Shown here one piece after another: positions 33,011 through 47,100 of a stretch of 64,000 bases of DNA; within the stretch, counting starts at the first letter, position 1; each line of letters starts with the position of its first letter. This stretch comes from Paragordius varius (lineage: Eukaryota > Animalia > Nematomorpha). A program made the translations under genes and the position numbers. The stretch spans positions 8,804,001 to 8,868,000 of the forward strand of contig OZ176050.1 of the NCBI GenBank assembly GCA_964247055.1, given 5' to 3'. The notes below the pieces were generated by a model that did no database searches, had not been told where the DNA came from, and saw only the letters and a program-made list of their open reading frames with translations.

Positions 33011-33833
33011 TTATAAACCATATTAAAATCTTCCTATATATTCCGTCTCACCTCTGTAAAAATAGAATTTTTTGAAAAAAATAATCTCTATAAATCTGTA
33101 TTTGGAGCAATTTTCCGGGAAAAAGGTATGGCCCATTCTAATTAAATAATTATAACCTTAGATGGGGTTCCGTTGTTAGAAGCTATCCCATCCATTCCAA
33201 TTAAAAAATCATGCCTGTTGCGCTACTTTTCGGAAAACTGAGGAGACCTTATGGATTCAATAATGTTAGGCAAAAGGCTTTTTTGCACCCTTACTATCTT
33301 AAATACACTACCATAATAACTAACTCGGGTTTGAAATATCAATTATGGTTTCAAATATTTCCTCTATAAAGGCAAAGATTTAATCAAGTTCTTTATCTAA
33401 AGGCACATGGTTACCGTATGTTAAATATGCGCCATATAAGAATAAAGTTGTTTTTAACAAAATATCGGACTTAAGACATAATAATTTTTCAAAACTCTGG
33501 TACCCAATCATATGCCAAATGCGCCTCTAAACAAAAAAATCGTGTTTATAATTAACAAACAATTTTTTAGGTGCAGAAATATATTTATTTAATTCACTCA
33601 TCATATAATTGAGATACAGCGACGCGTGAGGCACAGTTAATATGCTTTTTGAAAATTCTTTTCAATAATTTTACGTAATTATCAAATTTGTCTTGAAATT
33701 ATACGGACAAAACATAAAAGACAACGATACTTTTTTAAACTTTTATTTTTACTACAGAAACTATATAATTACAATGAAATATTGTGTGAATTAACAATTT
33801 ACATCTCTAATCTCCGTTTCGCAACACGAAATG

Positions 33834-33968
33834 ATATCATTTTTCAGTCAAAAGCAACATTTTTTTCAACCAACCACAACATTTTTTCAGTAGTTTTGTT
33901 TAAAAATGTTGCTTTTGTTTGAAAAATCGTTTGGTTGAAAAAATTGCTTTTGACTGAAAAATGGTATA
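33834..33968. mobile_element. Small palindromic MITE (family C3) sharing the TATACCATTT-type terminus
   Basis: atatcattttttcagtcaaaagcaa ... ttgcttttgactgaaaaatggtata inverted arms. Confidence 0.7.
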
Positions 33969-33994
33969 TATAACACTTGGATACATTAGATTCT

Positions 33995-35868
33995 TTTCAG
34001 TCCTTCATTCAAAATTGGGGTTGATAGATACCCCAGGCTGGTTTAAAATTAAATATTACAAAAAATATGGAATAAATTGAAACCATGGCAAAAGTTTGCC
34101 CTTATATAACATTAATGAACCGATATATTAAAATTGATATTACCTATTCAGAGGTATAACCCAAAGGTAAAAATTTAGTCAAAATGACATGTAGGCATTA
34201 GCTAAATGTAAAAATAATGGAAATATAACTTTTATTTATATTAATGTTAATGATTTTAATAAAAAAGTAAACTTAATTTAGGCTTAGAATCAAATAAATA
34301 CGATATTTTGCAAAAATGGTATAAAATAAGAATGGCGTCAAAGTTAGGGTTGTGATTTTGACCCCCTTTTTTCGAAAAAGGGGGTCAGACCTAGGTCGGA
34401 CCTAGGTCATACCATATGTTATTGCCAATAATAAATAACTACATACATAAATACTTGATTAAATCACATAAAAAAGGTTTTTACATAAAGTGTATATTTT
34501 TTTAAAATTATACTTTCACCAATCCTGATGATTTAAATTTCTACAATTAATGATCTTTCCTAAAATCATACATAAAGACTTATAGAAAGTTTCAAATCAC
34601 AGAAAGCTAAGACTAATGAAAAAATATGCATTTATTTAAGCCTATTTATGCTTTAATTATTTAGATTGTGTAACAACGAGTCACTGTCCATGAGCTTAAC
34701 GTTAACTTAGGATGGTTCAAAGTTTTTTTATACTTGAAATTTTTATACGATTTATTAGAATATATAATCGTGCTCACTACATTTAAAATTTCAGTAATCT
34801 TATTAAGATTAATATATTGTTAGATCAAATTATATATTATATGACATTGGCATACATGTCATATTGTATTAGGATATTCTTTATTAATTAAATTTTCAGC
34901 AGCCTTCATGTTCGCTGCATTATCGGTCAAAATGGCATTAATTATTTAAATTTCCAATATCTTTTATAATTGGTTCCATTATGTTATAGATATATTCGGC
35001 AGTCTTACTATGATAAGATGCGTCAATAGTTAATAAAAATGATTTTTGGGATCCTTGGCCAATAATATTTATTTGCTTCCTACGAATATTGGTAAAGGGA
35101 TCGACGATTAATAAAATATTATTTTTACATATTCCAGTAACTATTTTTATATCTTCATAACATGAATCTAATAATTTATTGGAAATCTGTTTTCTATTTG
35201 GAATAGCATAATTAGGTTTAAAGTATGAATGAAACTCTGAAAATGTTTATTTTCAACTATGTTTAGAGTTGAGGATGTATAAATAAAATTTGCTAAATGT
35301 TTCTGGCTAATTTCTCTTGAAAATAGAAATTTTTAAGACTAACTTAAGAAATTAAATAATTAGCTTGCTTTTCGACCATCACCTTCTATCATAAAATTTA
35401 TTTCATGAACTTCATTTAAATGTTTCTTCATTCGGTTTTTATTTAATATATATATATAGTGTAATTACATTTCTTGCATGTAAATTAATTTTTTTTGATC
35501 GAAAAATTTCCACAAGGCTGATTTCACTATGATTTAGGAGGTAAAGAAAAGATGTGTATCATATGATATTTAAAAAAAATACATATATAAATAATATAAG
35601 GTTTTTTTTATTTAAAAATTGTAAAATTAAATAAATAAAAAATAAAAAAAAATTGACCTAGGTCATTTTTTTCGTAGTCAGGTCATGACCCTAGGTCATT
35701 GACTAATGGGCACAACCCTAGTCAAAGTAGATTGATACGGAACTTCTTTTTATAAAATTATTAGGATAGAAGCATAAATTTATCTGGTACCATTCTTCCA
35801 ATAGTTTTTCAAAATATTTACTTAAATATTGTCTGGGGTATTTAAATACCCCAATTTGAATCGAGGTG
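33995..35868. mobile_element. MITE family A copy (reverse orientation) split by the hAT insertion
   Basis: Both halves align by eye to the reverse complement of 2478-3002. Length minus the hAT and one TSD is about 490 bp. Confidence 0.75.
34345..35720 (-). mobile_element. Internally deleted hAT transposon with decayed transposase and perfect 8-bp TSD GTCAAAGT
   Basis: TIR TAGGGTTGTG...CACAACCCTA, with TSD at 34337-34344 and 35721-35728. Minus-strand remnants LANFIYT..LNIVENKHF..IPNR..ISNKLLD and AILTDNAANMKAA. Confidence 0.88.
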
Positions 35869-36939
35869 ATAAGGAATCGAGATTTTTATTTTTTAGAAAA
35901 AAGATTTAGGTTTTAAGATCTGTAACTTTTGTAATATTTATCAAACGGTAATTTTTATGATATAAATTTCGTTATGATAAATATGGAACTGCATAATTAA
36001 TTTTATATTAAAATATATATATTTTTTAACAGTGCCTCTTTACCCTATTATTATACTATACGGATTTTATACGCAACAAAAAACTACTAACCTGCATAAA
36101 TTAACAATATTCCTTATTTATAGTATAAATAATAAATAAATCATTAGAAAGATGTTCTAAAAATTACAATGATGATGAGATAAGTAATTTTACAAAGCTA
36201 TACTGTCAAATCTTTTTGATTAACTCTATAATAAAACGGGGATTACAGGAATATATATATATTATGTAAAAAAGAGATTTTTTTCATTGCAAAATAGTCC
36301 TCTAAAATATTATAATTTATGATGATAAATGCTTGTTCAGTTAATGAATCAAAGGAATATTATAAATCTCAATTTTAAGCTCGCTGAAATAAAAAGATTC
36401 AGTTTCTTACGGAACAATCAATGAATAATAATTAACCAAATTATTTCTTATGTTACACAAAATTTAATATCAAATTTTTTTCTTAAATCGCCATTTGCAT
36501 AACAGAGGTACAACAAAACAATATAATGGTTGATTGGAATTTATATTTAAAAACATGGTCTTTATTAAAAACAAGGAAACAATTAGTTACGAGACCGAAA
36601 AAAATGAGATTGCATCAAATATATACTTTTTTATCGATAAAAGTTAATAAAAATTAATATCCATTCCACATACACATATTTTAATCTGTTAAACTAAAAC
36701 GTTCCTTGTAAGCCAAATTAAATAAGTTATTATTCATTTGATATTTTTACAGCTATTTGAACGATTGTTATGTCAAAATGAATATATTTATACGATAATT
36801 AATAAAAATTATATTAAAAACTTACCACGTCCAATTAGTCAACGTTAGCAGTTTTGCTTTTATAATTATTAAAATTTTAATAAATTTTTTCTGATCATAA
36901 TAATTTTAATTAAGAGATTATATACATAAACACTTTAGC

Positions 36940-37190
36940 CAGGGATAAATGATCTCGCGGGCCGCATTCGCAACATATATGGGCTTTGACGAATATTTTA
37001 TTAGAATTTAAATATAAGACTGTAAAAACAACTATTTATTATAACATTTTTTGCTGGTTCATTGCCAAAGCTTGAAAAATTAATTCAGAAATTTGTTTAA
37101 CAAAATCAATGTTAGGATTTCGTGAAATTTTGTGAGTGTTGTCGCAGGCTGCAAAAATATTTTGGAGGGCCTGCCTGTTGGACAGCCCTT
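36940..37190. mobile_element. Degenerate hAT (Buster-like) MITE, reverse orientation
   Basis: cagggat...ctcgcgggccgcattcgc ... ttggacagccctt. Same family as 29216. Confidence 0.65.
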
Positions 37191-38036
37191 CTTTAAGCGT
37201 GTCAGTCAGCCATTGTTCACAGATGGTGAACAAAATCTGATGTGTATATAATTTTAGTTTTTATAAGGATTTTTCTGATAAAATATTTATTTAAATGCAT
37301 ATATCAGCAGTGGCTTGAGCTTGGTGAATAACATACATATATCCAAAATTAGTTTTTTTTCGTCAAGTTATGAGTTTATGGATGGCTTTCCGTTTTTTCC
37401 TGCCTTATTATATTACTATTTAATCTCTTTCTAATTTTAATCTATTCACTCATTTATATTAGGGAAGGGATTATATCATCTATATGTGTAACTAGATGGC
37501 TACTAAATCCTCCATTCTTAATGCACAGTTAGATGATAAACCTTAAGTTAATTTAGTAAATATAGAGGGAGCTTTTTAACAAAATACTTATTTAGATTAT
37601 ACATTTTAATTAAATTTTTTGCCAATCAAAACGAAATTTAATTCGCTTGCTAAATCCCCAACAAATAAATAAATTAGAATTTTTACAAACGCACATATGT
37701 ATATTGAATTAAATAATTAAATTTAATATTGCCAAATTGTGGATTTTCGAAAAAAAAGGATTAGGTTTATGCAATAAAATATATGTACAAAGATGTAATG
37801 CAGCAAGGAAATCATGTGGAAAATTATAAAAAATTTAAATTATAATCAACCAAAATTAATAATTTATTAAATTGTTGAATAATTACCTATCTATCTACTG
37901 TGGATTATAAAATTTACGGTTTATTACAGGATAAATATTAATTTATATACAAATACCACATAACTTTTTGCCTAAACATTTATTATTATACACATGATTG
38001 ATAATTTTTATATTATGTTAATAAATTTTAACATGA

Positions 38037-41000
38037 TTATAACTTTTTCAAAAAATTAGCTAATAATCTACAAAATTCTGTTTCAAAATCTTTTTCTCCC
38101 TGGCTTAACGGTTGATTAAATTTGATTTCAGCTTCAATTACTTTTGTCGTATTAGTCCCATTTTGATTTTCGTACATGGCAATGTGTTCCATAGGGACCA
38201 CAATTTTTTCATTAGTATTTTCTTTAGTTTGAATGTTTGTTAATTCCTCATTTTTGTGTCTCCGGTCAAATAGGCTATAATATTCAAACAACTTGGGCGA
38301 ATCCAAAAATTTGAAAGGATACTGATATTGGATATCTAAGTGAGGACTAACACTTTTTAATGAGAAGTTTATTGTTGTGCTATGACCAGTTTTGGGCTGA
38401 GATTCTGAGTGATTCGGCAAATCAGCACTATCTTGATTTGTGTTTTGGGTCGTGTTGTTGGGTATTATTGAAGGGTGTGCCACAAACAGACTCTTGATTC
38501 GTTTCAAGGTTCCGTACCCAAAGATTTGAGAACTACCCGATGATAGTTCATGAGAGCTAAGCCCCAATTTTTCGCGACACCTCTCTAACAGTTGGGGAGG
38601 GATGGTCGGTTCATAATCTTCCGTTGGTTCATACGATTCCAAAAGATTGATAGTCTAAGAGAAAAAGAGTATTTATTATATAAAATGGTAAATACTCGCT
38701 GCAAGAAAATTAAAGTATGACAGAAGCCATGCGGTCTTAACCTATATAATTGTCAATTTGATTCTTTCAATAACCCATTTAATAAATATTTATTGAATCT
38801 CTGAATACCTATTAAAGTGATTTATAAATGAACTAATACAAACTTTATCTTATTAACTTTATTCACTTGGGACCGTTGAGTTAACCAAAATTGAAATTGA
38901 ATTTTTTTATCAATTATATACACAAATATAATTAAAGTAAACGCAGCACACTTACGGTATAATCATTAAATGTAAGAAAATAGATATCCTAATCCTATTA
39001 TTAGTTTTATACCCTTCTATAAGAAGAACAAACAAAGGCAAATCACCAAATTATATATAGGATAGGAAAGAAACTTATACCAACAACTTTTTTTTAATTA
39101 AAAATTAATTGAAAAACAAGAGATATATCGCAGATTTTTTGGCACCGTTTTAAGTTCTGTCTGTTTGTTTGTGATAATTATCGCTAACAAATATTTTACA
39201 ATGATAAAAATTTAATTATAGTAATGTAAGTATTTTGTTAAATGTGAATGCATATAATTTTATCATTTCCCAATACTTTAAATTTTACACTTTTATAGGT
39301 ATTGATATATTAGATATTTCTCAATTAAAATTTAGCCTTGATATCGCTGTAGAGCGCGGTAAGGTACGAAAGATATGGAAGAAAATAATTATAAAATTTT
39401 AAGTAATACAATTTTAATGCGCATCACAAATATTTTGTGTTTAATAATACTTAACTATATTTTAATAGGGATAAATATATATTATTGATTAAAAATGTTA
39501 GCATACTTTTACTAAACCTCAAAAATAAATTAAAAATATTAATGAAAAGATGAATTTTTGAAGGAAAAATCAAAATTTAATGAGAAAAATCAAATGATAT
39601 TAAAAGCAATTTGTATAATTAAAAAATATTCTAAATATATTAAGACATTTTTACAATAAATTAATGCCTGAAACCTTAAAAAAATCACACATATATACAA
39701 TGATAATTGTGATCAAATATGCAATACAACCTTTTACAGTAATTAAATAATTTTTTGCATAAAAATACTAATAAAATATTTTTTTAAATTTTTTAATCAA
39801 TAGTTAAAATATATATATTTCATACCGAATCTTTAGCCATATTTTATTAAGTAAGTGAAAATTAACATAAATTTACAAAATGCCTTCCCATCCAAAATAT
39901 CAATTGCAAATTGTAGCTTTTTATGGTAAATTATGAGTTTTAATATTCAAAAATTAACATGGAATGCATCCAAAAAATCCTTACATTGAAAATTATGTCC
40001 CTAGTTAATTGTTAAATAGAGAAAACTTTTAAAAAATCACTGCAAAACTAAATAATTAAATAAGACCCACAGATTGGACTAAATTTTTAAAATAAAAAAG
40101 AAAAATTAGGGGGTATCAAATTTTTCTAATATATGATAATAAACATAACAATTAAATTTTATGTGCGTTTCACTACCCAATTTTTTTAAACATTTTAACC
40201 TAAGATATATAGATTAAATATTTGAGTTAAGGCATTATTCCATGCATTACTTCTCAAACATTAATAAATTAATTAGATAATTAAATTTTTAACATTAATT
40301 TATTCTGTATGAATTCGTAAAAAAATTACCATTGTGAATTAAATGTTTAAATTTTAACCTTTTCGTCAATACAATCATATCCCAACAACTAAGATTGCAG
40401 AAATTATAATTTTAAATTATATATATTAGGAATAAATTAAGCTTAAACAAGAAGTTCTATGGAAAATTTTGATTATATTAAGAAAACACTAAAAATAGTT
40501 GAGTCATAAATTTCTAACAAATTAATAATCCATTAGCGATTACTATATTAACTATTGGGGGATAAAATGTAACATTTAATTCAATTTTTTTATAAAAACA
40601 GCTTGAAACGTAAAGATTAACCTGTATAGGTGTAAGCGTTTTACAAAGTGAGATAATCGAATCACAATCATCAACATTTTTGCGGAATTGAAAGAGTTTA
40701 CAGGCCGTGGAAAGACATTCAAGCCCTTCACAAATATCAATATCCTCCGGGATTAAAGTATTCAGCTTTAACGGGTGAGTAAAATTTTTGCGGACCCATG
40801 ATTCAATCAGGCTTATATTGTGCCTAAAAATGTATAAAATAAATACAGTTGGGTATAAATAACATATTAAGGTTTATTTTACAAAAATGGATATTTTAGT
40901 AATTTTGCAAAAAAAATTATGATATATCGATCATATATTTTACCGAATCATGGTGGCTTTAGTAAAATTACACAAGGATTTGTTATGGAGAAGGGCATTG

Positions 41001-41112
41001 AATGACATGGCTCCAATCACATAAATGATTTGTCGGAATATTTGGGCGGTGTAATAGACATCCAAAGAGTATAGATCACATTTCGATTTCCAATTTTCTA
41101 GCTAAAGTTGAA

Positions 41113-41143
<31 letters not shown>

Positions 41144-44100
41144 GCCAAACTATTTTATGAAAATGTGCAGATAATTAATCATAAAACCAAATGAAAAATC
41201 TTATTAAAATATTTAAAAGACATTAAGCCGCTATCAAATACTTTTTCTAATAAGGATTGTATAGTAATGTTTTGTTGAAATGCGGGAGAATTTTGAGATT
41301 CATGGACTAGGTTAAAGTTTGATGACGAAGATTCATATATTGCCCCTAAAAAAATCATAAAATAAAAACAAAATTAATATTAATTGATCCTTTGGAAATT
41401 TCAAAATAATTAGGTTAAAACATACTGATAGAATCAAAAATGTCCGATGCCATACCCTTGACGACCAAAGAGTAAATGTAGGTAATAACACTCTGAAGTT
41501 CGATTGTGATTATGGTTAAACAACTTTCTTCCTAAAAAGTAAAAACATTTTTTGTAATTGATATTTTTACTTGACAAAGTTTACTAGTAAACGAAAATTT
41601 TCATTTTTTTAAAATTGGTTTAAATAATTCCAAAATTAATTAGGACCTGGTTTGGTAAAAAATTGTCATAGGTTTTTAATTTAAATATAAAATATAGATC
41701 CATACAATAATAAACAATCCCAATTTTCGTATATGAATTTCATTTAATGTGATTAGTATAAGTTATATACTATTATAAAAAATCTTATTTACTTCTTCAA
41801 AATGTTCCATATTCCAAGTTATTACGTGATAAAGGTTTATAACATTGGATAACCAATATAATGTGGATTCAATGCATGATGGCTAAATATAATAACACAA
41901 ATATTATAGGTTTTAGATTATATAAAATAATGCTTAATTATATATAGGGAATCGATTCCTAAAATTAAATATAAATATTTAATTGTTTAACAAACTCGAC
42001 TGATTTTGAAATTGTACCTTTTGTTGTAGGGTTGATTTAATCGTTTCCAGCCATGTGAAAACGCAATAGGTAGCATATGAGTATTTGGTGGAAATGGCAG
42101 ATTCCAAAACGAAATACACCAGATACGAAGGGAAAAATAGGTTATTTTGATCGGGTATAATTTTGGAATCTACCAAATTTGTATCACAATCTATCATAAA
42201 ATAAAATGTGTAATTGACAAACAAAAATTCGCTTATATACTAATAACAATTCAAATTCGCCCTCAAATAATTCGAATTCATTCCCCCTTGAATAATTCGA
42301 ATTCACCCTAAAAGATTATGTGTTTTCGGGCTTAAATAATTCATTGTTAATATGAAACATATCTTTATGGCTTAATTTATTATTACTTTTATTTTAATTT
42401 TAAGCAAAATTTTTCTAAAAATATAGAAAAATATAGGTAATCTTAAAAAAACACATAATTTATTTTAGGATGAATTTGAAATGTTCGAGGGTGATATATA
42501 ATATAAACTTATAGGTGTAAACAAAGCTCGATGGTTATTTATATTATGCCAGAATGAATTTTTTTCAAATAAAAGTTTATGAATTCTGGTCAAAACTGAT
42601 AAAAGCACGGTCATTATCAATAAAAAAAGTGAAAAAATTAAAGTCGATTAAATAATTTAAAACATCATTTTTTGGGTATACTACATTATAAATTGATATT
42701 TAATAACATTTAAATTTGATTTCCATAATAGTATTATATAATTACCTTTCAATCTAATTATCAAAATAAAAATATGCTTGTTAAATTATTGGTTTAAAAA
42801 AAATGCAAATTTCCTTATATTACTAATAATTAATTACTTTCAATCAAATTAGCGCAACACCCATCCCAAGTGTTTGAGAAATCAGATATTATGGGTTCCA
42901 ACCTAATTTAGAGATAATAATTTAAATATTTAATCCATATATGCAAAAAGCTACAAAAATGCTTGCTATTCAAAAAGAAAAAAAGATTACATTTCTTCAA
43001 TTCTACTATCATTAGACAAGCGATATTTTAACACACTTTTTGTGAGAGTTGAATTGTGCGAAGTAATTTCTAATACATTAGAAACATTATGTTCATCATA
43101 TGCATCTTTTTCAAATTTGACGTTATTCGGGGAATCGAAATTAACCAATGTATTGGTAATCTTTCTTTTACTTTCTTTATCACAAATTACATGGTTGGGA
43201 CCTGATGACAAACGTCGTTGTTGGTTATTGGTTAAATTATTATACACATTTAATATTTGAGCCAAATCGACCATGTTCATATCTGTCTACCATTATGTAT
43301 TTAAAGGATAAAAAACTTAATTAGAGAAAGTAATTATACCATTTACAGTTCAAATTCACCCTTAAATAAATTATGTGTTTTTGATATTTTTGTTTAAAAA
43401 TAAAATAATACTGAAAAAATAATATAAGCCATAAAGATGTATTTCATGTTAATAATGAGTTTAAGCCCGAAAACACATAATTTATTTTTAGGTTGAATTT
43501 GAATTGTTCAAGGGTGAATTTGAATTGTAAATGGTATATTAAATATACTTAAACTTATTTTATATGATTAAATATGGTACAAAATGCAGGCATAAGACCA
43601 GAACCATTGGATTAGTCAAAACCATGGATGCAAAAATAAATTTGTTTTCTATTATTTTCAAATCATAGAATATGTTTGTTAGATTATGGGAGCATCATAC
43701 TATTAAGTTTTTTTAAATAATTCACTTTTTATAAGTTATCTCGTAAAAATGGAACCGGATTCGGAACCATTTAATCAAAAAATAATGGCCTAATTTTGGC
43801 AAAAATATTTTGGAATCGGAATGATATAATCATAAATTGTTTTTAAACAAAAATGTAAAATCGGTAACCAAAAATAAAAAAGGAATCCCAAAAAACAGTT
43901 TCAGATCACTAATATATAAATAAAATATAATTTTTTTCACAAAATCTATAAATAAAATTAAAAAATTCGCATTTAAATATTTAACTAATTACAAATATAA
44001 TATACGAGATTGGAATTAATCCTAATATTAAAAAATTGAAGTTAATATAATATATATTATCACCTGGCTAGATATGGATACCATGGAAGGGCGACTAGAT

Positions 44101-47100
44101 AAATGTTGCGATAACGTTTCCTGACTCGTCTTAAATTCATACATATATAAATAATTTAAAAAATTAAAGAACAAATGTTTGGTAAAAATGACAATTCCCA
44201 TTAATTTACATATGAAAAGCATAAATATGTTAAATGAAAAAATACTTGATATTTATTGGATATCTCATCCAACTTTCGCAAACTTTCTTTCAGTTTTTGA
44301 TTTAATGCTTGAATTTGATTTTCATCATTTTTCACGGTTAAATTGTATTTTTCTTCAAGACTTTTAGCGTTTGCAACCTAAAAAATTAGGTTTGATAAAT
44401 CGGGCATACGAAAATAAATTTGTGTAATATAATATACTTCCTGGTCCAATTTTATTTTCAGCTCAATCAATTTATTTTCCAAGCCTCGATTCAAATTTTG
44501 TAATCCACGATTAAGATCTTTTTGATGAGCTATGGTGTTAGCTTCGGCCTAAAAAAGCATTAATACGATATATAATAATTTATTTAAAAGTTAAAAAGAA
44601 AATAAAAACTACCTTCAATTTTTTGTAAAGCATACGGGCTTTATATCGTCTCCAACAGCATTGTATTATGATTGCAGAACTTATTATTTCACGATAAAGT
44701 TTGCGTTGAATCCACATTCGTACCCAAGATTGCAAAGTTACGATGGCTTTTTCACGTCTCATCTATTAAAACGGAAAACATATTTAATAGCTTAAATTAA
44801 ATAGGTATAATATGGAATCAAAATTAAATTTAGTATAATTATCATGAATGGTTAGGAGCCAGTAAAAAAAGAATAGGTGTTTTTTATAAAAAATGGAATA
44901 TATGTAGTAAATGAGAAAATACTTGAATGTATGTCATTTGTATTTAATATATAAATAATTGATATTGAACAATTTGGCTTGGTTAAAATGGGTCTATACG
45001 GTTAGAATGCATATATCCGTGCCTATGACCACTTATAAAAACTGTCAAATTTTAGAAGATACGCGATATAAAAATCAAATTCTAAATTTTAGCAAATTTT
45101 TCAATTCAATTTTCTCAAATTAATAAAACCAATTTAATCAGTTATAATCGTTTTGTAGTTTAATTACAACAATTTTTTTTATGTTTTAGACCACAAATGA
45201 CTACAATTATAAACGGTTATATAAATTATTTTTTGAAAAATCAACTTAAAGAGCGAATAACTAAATACTTACATTTTTAACCAAAACAAGTGCTCGTTTA
45301 CGTCGACAATTTTTCTGTATTATAATTGTCGCGAATTTGAGTCGCAAATATTTTTGACGGGCCACATGCGATCGCCATTTAGTTTGAATTTTTATAGCAG
45401 CTTTGGTTCGTCGTAATTCTTGGAATTTTCTAAAATATAATATTTTTAAGGAATACATTATATTTCTTTAGCAAACGAGTTGTAAAAAACATTTAATATA
45501 AATATACCAGGTGTGTCATTACCGGTTAACTAAGAGAAGATATCGATGAAAATGCAGATTCGAATAATTTCAAACAGATCCCATTTTGTTAATCTAATAT
45601 ACCATTTGCACTTCAAGAGTGTCCTTGAACAAGTTGGTCCTTATTTTAATTTACCATAATTTTTGCAAGTATCTTTTTATTTTACTATTTTTTAACCTAA
45701 TTTTCTTTATTTATTATATAATTATTCATTTAAAAATAAAAATTTTTATTCAAACACCACTTTTTTGTTTCAACCTAATATTTTTCCAATTTAACAAAAT
45801 TATATACTTTTAAATGTTTTCAATGAAAATTTTAAATATTTAATAGAAATAATATTACTCCTTTATGAAAATACAACTACAATGGTATACACGCAAATAG
45901 GAGACACGGAACCTTTCAAGACAAACACTGGCCTACACCAAGGGTCTGTACTTAGTCCATTACTATTCATTATAATATTAGACTGTATCACAAAAAACAT
46001 ATCTACTCAACCGCCCTGGGAGTTAATCTTCGCGGATGATATCGTTTTAACAGATACCTCAATGGAAAATATCTCAAACAAATTCAGAACATGGAAAATC
46101 TGTTTAAAGAACCATGGGCTGAAAATAAATATTAATAAAACAAAAAAATGATATTAGGAGATCGTACGCAGCGCCCCAAATTACCATGCGCTATCTGCGA
46201 CAAAGAAGTCAAAATAAATTCAATAAAATGCAACAAATGCAAATTTTGGGTTCACAAAAAATGCTCCAAAATCACCGGCAAACTCAACGAACAAATAAAC
46301 TTTAAATGTGACAACTGTAAAAACAATAATACAACTCAAACACGCTCGACATATATGACAATCGACGAAAACTTAATAGAAAAAGTAGACCAGTTTACAT
46401 ACCTAGGAGACGTCATAGAATCTAAAGGTCATATAACTGGAGTAATACGGAAACGTATCCAACAAGCATGGGGTAAAGTTAACTCCCTAAAATTTGTCCT
46501 TAAAAATAAAAATGTATCTAACAATAATAAATGGCTAATATACAAAGCAGGTGTCAGGCCAGCTCTTACTTACGCCACCGAAACATGGCCCCTAAATAAA
46601 ACAAATCTTGATAAAACGATAAATACGGAAAACAAAATAATTAAAGCTTGCTGTTCCGACTACAATATTCATCTTAAACACAAAAATGACACAGTAGAAA
46701 AGTTTATACAAAGAAGCAGGCTTAAATACTTGGGTCACATTGAAAGAAGACAAACCGACCACCCTCTTCAAACCATTAAGCACATACAACCCTTTGGAAA
46801 CAACCGCAAAGGGCGCCCAACACATTCCTGGAGCGACAACATTAAAAATGACATAAAAACACTAAACCTCGACATTACCAAATGTCTAGATAAGGACCTT
46901 TGGAATATGACCGTTCACGGTAACCTTCAAAGATGAAGTCAAAAAGCCATCAAGTATCAAGTATCAAGAAAACTTATTTTTTTAATTACGTGTTAAAATC
47001 TTTTAAATATCCAAAATAATTTTAAAAAATTAATAAATATATACGGTTTCTCAATGAAAATGTGATTTAGATTTAAAATTTATGTTAAATAATAGAAAAT

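Noticed and set aside
33060-33450. Possible retropepsin remnant (DFLIGMD) on the minus strand
   Set aside because: A single short motif with no catalytic DSG/DTG found.
37039-37233. 64-aa minus-strand ORF as an extra MYO5 or novel exon
   Set aside because: It overlaps a degenerate hAT MITE and lies beyond the MYO5 stop.
38037-38642. Independent 201-aa gene
   Set aside because: It starts at TTG just after an acceptor and continues the dilute domain (TLTPIQ|[10 protein letters not shown]). It is the last MYO5 exon.
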